This document shows, one piece after another, positions 34,787 through 39,089 of a DNA stretch of 39,089 nt (positions are counted from its first letter, which is position 1; every line of letters starts with the position of its first letter). Position numbers and translations under genes: made by a program. Below the pieces are notes generated by a model. The model was not told the origin of the DNA. It did not search any database and saw only the letters and a program-made list of their open reading frames with translations. Source of the stretch: a virus (Duplodnaviria; Caudoviricetes); IMG/VR virus record IMGVR_UViG_3300031841_001383, positions 1 to 39,089 of that record, one strand, 5' to 3'.

Positions 34787-35434
34787 ATGTCTTTTACATA
34801 CGCACAACTCAAACAAGCTATCCAAGATTTTGCAGAAAACACGGAAACATCTTTCGTCACCAACCTGCCCGTGTTTATTCGTGGTGCAGAAGATCGTATC
34901 TTCACACTTGTTGACCTTGAGTTGTTTCGTAAGAACGCCACGTCTGCGTTAACAAATGCTGACCCATACCTGTCTGTTCCTACAGACTACCTTGCGCCGT
35001 TTTCTTTTCAAATTACAACAGCGTCGAACAAAGTATTCTTAGACTTTAAGGATGTAAACTTTGTTCAGCAGTATTCCATAGACACAGGCGCAAACGCTAG
35101 ACCAAAATACTACAGTATTTACGACGTGGATAATTTTATTGTTGGCCCTACTCCAGACAGCAATTACACAGTAGAGCTACATTATTACTATAGACCAGCT
35201 AGTATCACTGCTGGGCTTGATTCAGCAACATCGTGGTTGAGCGAAAACGCCCCTAACGCTCTTCTTTACGGCTCACTTGTGGAAGCGTATACTTACATGA
35301 AAGGTGAGCAGGATATGATGCAACTGTACGAACAAAGGTTCGCGCAGGAGATTCAGCGTTTGAAAGACTTGGCGGAAGCTAGAGAAAACTCAGACGCTAA
35401 TCGTAGGGGCTTACCTGATAGGCCAAGGACTTAG
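34787..35434 (+). CDS. Adaptor/tail tubular-like protein
   Basis: TYAQLKQAIQD...AEDRI...PKYY...GPTPD...LLYGSLVEA. Confidence 0.7.
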   Translation: MSFTYAQLKQAIQDFAENTETSFVTNLPVFIRGAEDRIFTLVDLELFRKNATSALTNADPYLSVPTDYLAPFSFQITTASNKVFLDFKDVNFVQQYSIDTGANARPKYYSIYDVDNFIVGPTPDSNYTVELHYYYRPASITAGLDSATSWLSENAPNALLYGSLVEAYTYMKGEQDMMQLYEQRFAQEIQRLKDLAEARENSDANRRGLPDRPRT

Positions 35435-35443
35435 GAGTAACAA

Positions 35444-35872
35444 ATGGCAACAAGTAACGCAGCAACCACTTACCTTGAGAATAAAATACTTAGTTTTATT
35501 TTTAAGAATAATGCTGGTTCATTCGCAACACCGGGCGACAGCATATATGTTGGCTTGGCAACAGCAGTTTCTGACGCAGAGGCTGGTTCATTAACAGAAG
35601 CAACTTTTGGTTCGTATGCACGACAGCAAGTGACCGCAGCTAACTGGACACTAGCCTCCGCAAGTACGGATCAACAGACAGTTACCAACGCAGCTAATAT
35701 TGAGTTTCCGGCATCAACTGGAACCAGTAACACTGTGACACATGCATTTATTGTAGATGCGGCCTCAAGCGGTAACATTCTGTTTGTCGGTGCATTGGAT
35801 GCAAACAAGACTATTGCTACGGGGGATATCTTCCGTATCAACGCTGGGAATCTTACAATCGAGTTGAAGTAA
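35444..35872 (+). CDS. Tail-associated structural protein
   Basis: YLENKIL...YVGLAT...SYARQ...IEFP...GNILF...GDIFRI. Confidence 0.72.
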   Translation: MATSNAATTYLENKILSFIFKNNAGSFATPGDSIYVGLATAVSDAEAGSLTEATFGSYARQQVTAANWTLASASTDQQTVTNAANIEFPASTGTSNTVTHAFIVDAASSGNILFVGALDANKTIATGDIFRINAGNLTIELK

Positions 35873-36252
35873 TGGCTCTTGTTCTGAAAGACCGCGTGAA
35901 AGAAACAACAACCACAACGGGCACTGGCACATATACGCTTGCTGGTGCGGTAGGTGGTTTTGAGGCATTTAGTCAAATAGGTGATGGTAACACTACCTAT
36001 TATTCTTGCACGGATGGAACCGACTTTGAGATAGGTATTGGAACCTATACTGCATCTGGTACAACCTTGGCCCGTACCACAATTTTGCAGTCTAGCAATT
36101 CCGATAATGCTGTTAGTTGGTCAGCAGGCACCCGCACCATCTTCTGTACGTTGCCAGCAGAGAAGATGATATTTAATGACGCGAGTGGAACCGCGCAGAA
36201 CTTTACAGAACAAGACCCGAATGCGTTGGCATTCGCAATAGCATTGGGATAG
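35872..36252 (+). CDS. Tail-associated structural protein
   Basis: MALVLKDRVKETTTTTGTG...FEIGIGT...FCTLPA; ends AFAIALG. Confidence 0.72.
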   Translation: MALVLKDRVKETTTTTGTGTYTLAGAVGGFEAFSQIGDGNTTYYSCTDGTDFEIGIGTYTASGTTLARTTILQSSNSDNAVSWSAGTRTIFCTLPAEKMIFNDASGTAQNFTEQDPNALAFAIALG

Positions 36253-36256
36253 AAAA

Positions 36257-36586
36257 ATGGCTAACGCATTTAAAACATTTACAGACACCGCAGTGGGGAC
36301 AGCCAACGCAGATGTTTATACCTGCCCCAGCGCGACAGAAACAACAATCATCGGCTTGAACATTGCCAACATATTGGCGGTTTCAATCACGGTAAACGTA
36401 CAGCTAATCAATAACGATGGCGACAATGTGCATATTGTAAAGTCAGCCATTGTCCCTGTTGGTTCGTCACTGGTAGCAGTTGGTGGCGACCAGAAGATTG
36501 TGATGAATGCTTCTGACATCTTGAGGATAACAGCAAGTCAAGCATCAGCGGCAGACGTTACATTGTCTGTACTGGAGATTACCTAA
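36257..36586 (+). CDS. Tail-associated small beta protein
   Basis: MANAFK...VYTCPS...KIVM...D.L; ends SVLEIT. Confidence 0.7.
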   Translation: MANAFKTFTDTAVGTANADVYTCPSATETTIIGLNIANILAVSITVNVQLINNDGDNVHIVKSAIVPVGSSLVAVGGDQKIVMNASDILRITASQASAADVTLSVLEIT

Positions 36587-37134
36587 TGGCATTAAGTACA
36601 ATAGGTGCAAATCAAATAGCTTCAATTACTTCTGCGGCTATGCCTACTGGTTCTGTGTTGCAAGTGCAACGCACTCAGTTTACTGGCACAAATACTGTAT
36701 CTGGTTCTGCTGGTGCTGATCTTGTTGTATCAGATTTGACAGTAAACATCACTCCTATTTCTACGTCTAGCATTATTAGAATTGATGCAATGGTCAATGG
36801 CGAATGGTCTAACCAAGCCGGAAGTTATCAAAGCGTTTGGTTTTTCTTTAGAGATAGTACAAAATTGTCTCATGCAACAGCGGGTAATAGGCCAACAGGC
36901 ATTATGATGGGAACTGGAATTACTTATGATGTACAAAATGCCGACTCTACACCAGAACACGTTACCTATTCTTATTTTGATTCACCTAGCAGCACATCTC
37001 AAATAACATATAAAGTAGGTTTTAACCAAACTGCTGGTTATAGTTGGTATTTGAACAGAACTGTAGGTGATACAGATACTGCTTCTTATGAAAGAGGTAC
37101 ATCTTTTATTAGCGTGACGGAGATAGCTGGATAA
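36586..37134 (+). CDS. Tail fiber/receptor-binding-like protein (paralog A1)
   Basis: MPTGSVLQV...ITP...DSPSSTSQITYKV...TEIAG. Confidence 0.68.
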   Translation: MALSTIGANQIASITSAAMPTGSVLQVQRTQFTGTNTVSGSAGADLVVSDLTVNITPISTSSIIRIDAMVNGEWSNQAGSYQSVWFFFRDSTKLSHATAGNRPTGIMMGTGITYDVQNADSTPEHVTYSYFDSPSSTSQITYKVGFNQTAGYSWYLNRTVGDTDTASYERGTSFISVTEIAG

Positions 37135-38060
37135 TGGCATACATCGGCGCACAACCAAATAAACAGTTAACGAAGACAACGAGCCAGTCCTTCAACGGCA
37201 CAGGTTCGGCGACCGCGTTTACACTTAACCGCGCCGTGAACACTGGTGAAGAGCTAGAGGTATTTGTTGACAACGTGCAGCAGGAGCCTGGATCTGGTAA
37301 GTCATACACAGCCACAGGAACTACCTTGACGTTTGACGAAGCCCCGCCGTCTGGTACGGGTAACGTGTACGTTATATATCGTGGTCAGGCAGAAGTAACA
37401 ACACGGCTGGAAGCACCAGACCTTTCTATTACAACGGCAAAGATTGTTGACGCAAATGTAACCAATGTCAAGATAGACACAATGGCGGCAAGCAAGTTGA
37501 CAGGTGCATTACCAGCTATAGATGGGTCTGCACTTACTGGTCTTAGCAGTACTAATGTCAAAGAGCAACTTGCTATGATATGCGATGGTCAAAACTACAC
37601 TGTTTCTAGCGGAACTTACACTCCTACAAATGTTACTGCGGTACAAGAATTAACGACTAGCTACGTTACTGTAACTGGTTCTGAAATTTCATATACCCCA
37701 CCATCAGGAACAACTTGCGTAATATACGATTTTCATTGTCAGTTTGCTTTTAAAGATGCCAATGGTATTGCCCATTTTAGGTTTTACATTGATTCAGATG
37801 AAGTGACAAATCAAAGGCTAAATATAAGTGGGCAATATCCAGAAGTAATGCAAAGTTTAAGGTATGTAATTCCTATTGGCGGCACAGCAAGCACCGCAAC
37901 TGGTAGACAAGCTACATGGACATCAGCAAAAACTCTTAAAATTCAATCAAGAGAATATGGTTCATCAAATGAAGGAAGACTTCATAGCACTGTTTATTTT
38001 GATGGCATTGGAACTAATACCTTTCATCAGCCTAATTTAATTATTACGGCTTTGGGATAG
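37134..38060 (+). CDS. Tail fiber-like protein (paralog B1)
   Basis: MAYIG; FNGTGSATAFTL, NVQQEP, GTTLTF repeat domain; ASKLTGALPAIDGSALTG linker. Confidence 0.68.
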   Translation: MAYIGAQPNKQLTKTTSQSFNGTGSATAFTLNRAVNTGEELEVFVDNVQQEPGSGKSYTATGTTLTFDEAPPSGTGNVYVIYRGQAEVTTRLEAPDLSITTAKIVDANVTNVKIDTMAASKLTGALPAIDGSALTGLSSTNVKEQLAMICDGQNYTVSSGTYTPTNVTAVQELTTSYVTVTGSEISYTPPSGTTCVIYDFHCQFAFKDANGIAHFRFYIDSDEVTNQRLNISGQYPEVMQSLRYVIPIGGTASTATGRQATWTSAKTLKIQSREYGSSNEGRLHSTVYFDGIGTNTFHQPNLIITALG

Positions 38061-38069
38061 GAGTTTGAA

Positions 38070-38585
38070 ATGCCATTAAGCAAAATTAAAACAAACTCTT
38101 TGGCAACTGGTGCTGTAGGTACAAGTCAGTTAGCAACTGGTGCGATTACCTCTGCGGTTATGCCTACTGGTTCTGTTATACAGGTCGTACAAGGTAGCAC
38201 AACAACGGCTTCGTCTCACAGTTCGACTACGACTCTCACTGACACTAATCTTTCTGCATCAATAACACCTTCATCAGCATCAAATAAAATTCTCGTGACA
38301 ATACAGCAACATTGTTATTGTTTAAGATACGGCGGAACAATAGTTATTCTAAGAGGAAGCACCAATATTTCAGCGGTAACAGATACCTATCAACAGTATA
38401 TAAATCCCGGAACAAATGCATCTTTCAGATGGTATACTACACAAAGTCAATTAGATAGTCCTAACACCACAAGTGCAATTACGTATAAAACACAGGCGAA
38501 GTCCTATGACGCTAGTAACCCACTAGAGTGTCAAAAAAGCGGCCGTTGGACTAGCTTTATTACTTTGATGGAAATAGTTGGATAA
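38070..38585 (+). CDS. Tail fiber/receptor-binding-like protein (paralog A2)
   Basis: MPTGSVIQV...ITPSSASNKIL...DSPNTTSAITYK...MEIVG. Confidence 0.68.
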   Translation: MPLSKIKTNSLATGAVGTSQLATGAITSAVMPTGSVIQVVQGSTTTASSHSSTTTLTDTNLSASITPSSASNKILVTIQQHCYCLRYGGTIVILRGSTNISAVTDTYQQYINPGTNASFRWYTTQSQLDSPNTTSAITYKTQAKSYDASNPLECQKSGRWTSFITLMEIVG

Positions 38586-39089
38586 TGGCATATATAGGCA
38601 TAGACCCAAATGTAGGCGATATAACCTTTCAAAGGTTTACGGGTGATGGAAGCGCAACTGCGTTTACGTTGGCACAAAGCGTTGTTAGCGGTGAGGCACT
38701 AATTGTAACAATCGGTAACGTAGTGCAAGAGCCGGGTATAGGCAAGGCATATACCGCGCAAGGAACAACACTAACCTTTTCTGCCGCTCCAGCTAATGGC
38801 GATGTAATTACTGTACGCTTCTTTGGTCGTGCCGTAGACCAGCCTACCAGCTTTGCAATGCAGTTGTTTAAGTATACAGCAACAGCAAGCCAAACCGCGT
38901 TTACAGGTGCGGATGCTAACGGTGCGATACTGGCCTTCTCTGGTAACGATGTAGACGTATATCTAAACGGTGTGCATCTTGATAGTTCAGACTTTACCGC
39001 CAGCAATGGCGATACGATCACACTTGGTTCTGGTGCAACGGTAAACGATGAGTTAGTTATCCGCGCCTTCCGCGCCTTTACTGTGACTG
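38585..39089 (+). CDS. Tail fiber-like protein (paralog B2), truncated by the window end
   Basis: Manual translation: MAYIGIDPNVGDITFQRFTGDGSATAFTL...NVVQEP...GTTLTF...; open to the end. Confidence 0.72.
   Translation, partial: MAYIGIDPNVGDITFQRFTGDGSATAFTLAQSVVSGEALIVTIGNVVQEPGIGKAYTAQGTTLTFSAAPANGDVITVRFFGRAVDQPTSFAMQLFKYTATASQTAFTGADANGAILAFSGNDVDVYLNGVHLDSSDFTASNGDTITLGSGATVNDELVIRAFRAFTVT

Noticed and set aside
38629-39021. Antisense ORFs in the structural arm (also 23266..23724, 32729..33082)
   Set aside because: They mirror plus-strand structural genes and show no RBS or motif support.
36586-39089. Diversity-generating retroelement acting on tail genes
   Set aside because: No reverse transcriptase, and no long template/variable repeat pair differing at adenines, is visible in the window.
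1-39089. Prophage or lysogeny module, tRNA genes, endolysin
   Set aside because: No integrase, CI-like repressor, att site, host genes, tRNA cloverleaf or lysin motif recognised; they could lie outside the window.

Overview
This window is 39 kb of a dsDNA tailed phage genome. Gene content resembles marine alphaproteobacterial podo-like phages of the uvMED/HTVC023P-like type; that assignment is from recall, not a search. Left arm (minus strand): a replication module with family A DNA polymerase (truncated by the window, Leu762 type), DUF6378-like protein, UvrD-like SF1 helicase, AEP primase, SSB-like protein, a small RHH regulator and a SNF2-like helicase. Next comes an array of small early genes, including an HNH nuclease with a large unknown N-terminus. 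An AT-rich, iteron-like switch point near 13.8 kb precedes terS and a VRR-NUC/resolvase gene. A 2.7 kb inverted island separates terS from terL. It holds three self-contained promoter-gene(s)-terminator units, spaced by clusters of CCTGCG(G/A) heptamers, with a shared ATGGGA-N3-TCCCAT operator-like motif in the promoters. Right arm (plus strand): terL, portal, holin-like and membrane genes, GroES, scaffold, capsid, small highly basic proteins, adaptors and a paralogous tail/appendage gene array that runs off the window. I saw no integrase, tRNA, rRNA, CRISPR array or reverse transcriptase. All family names come from motif recognition by eye.
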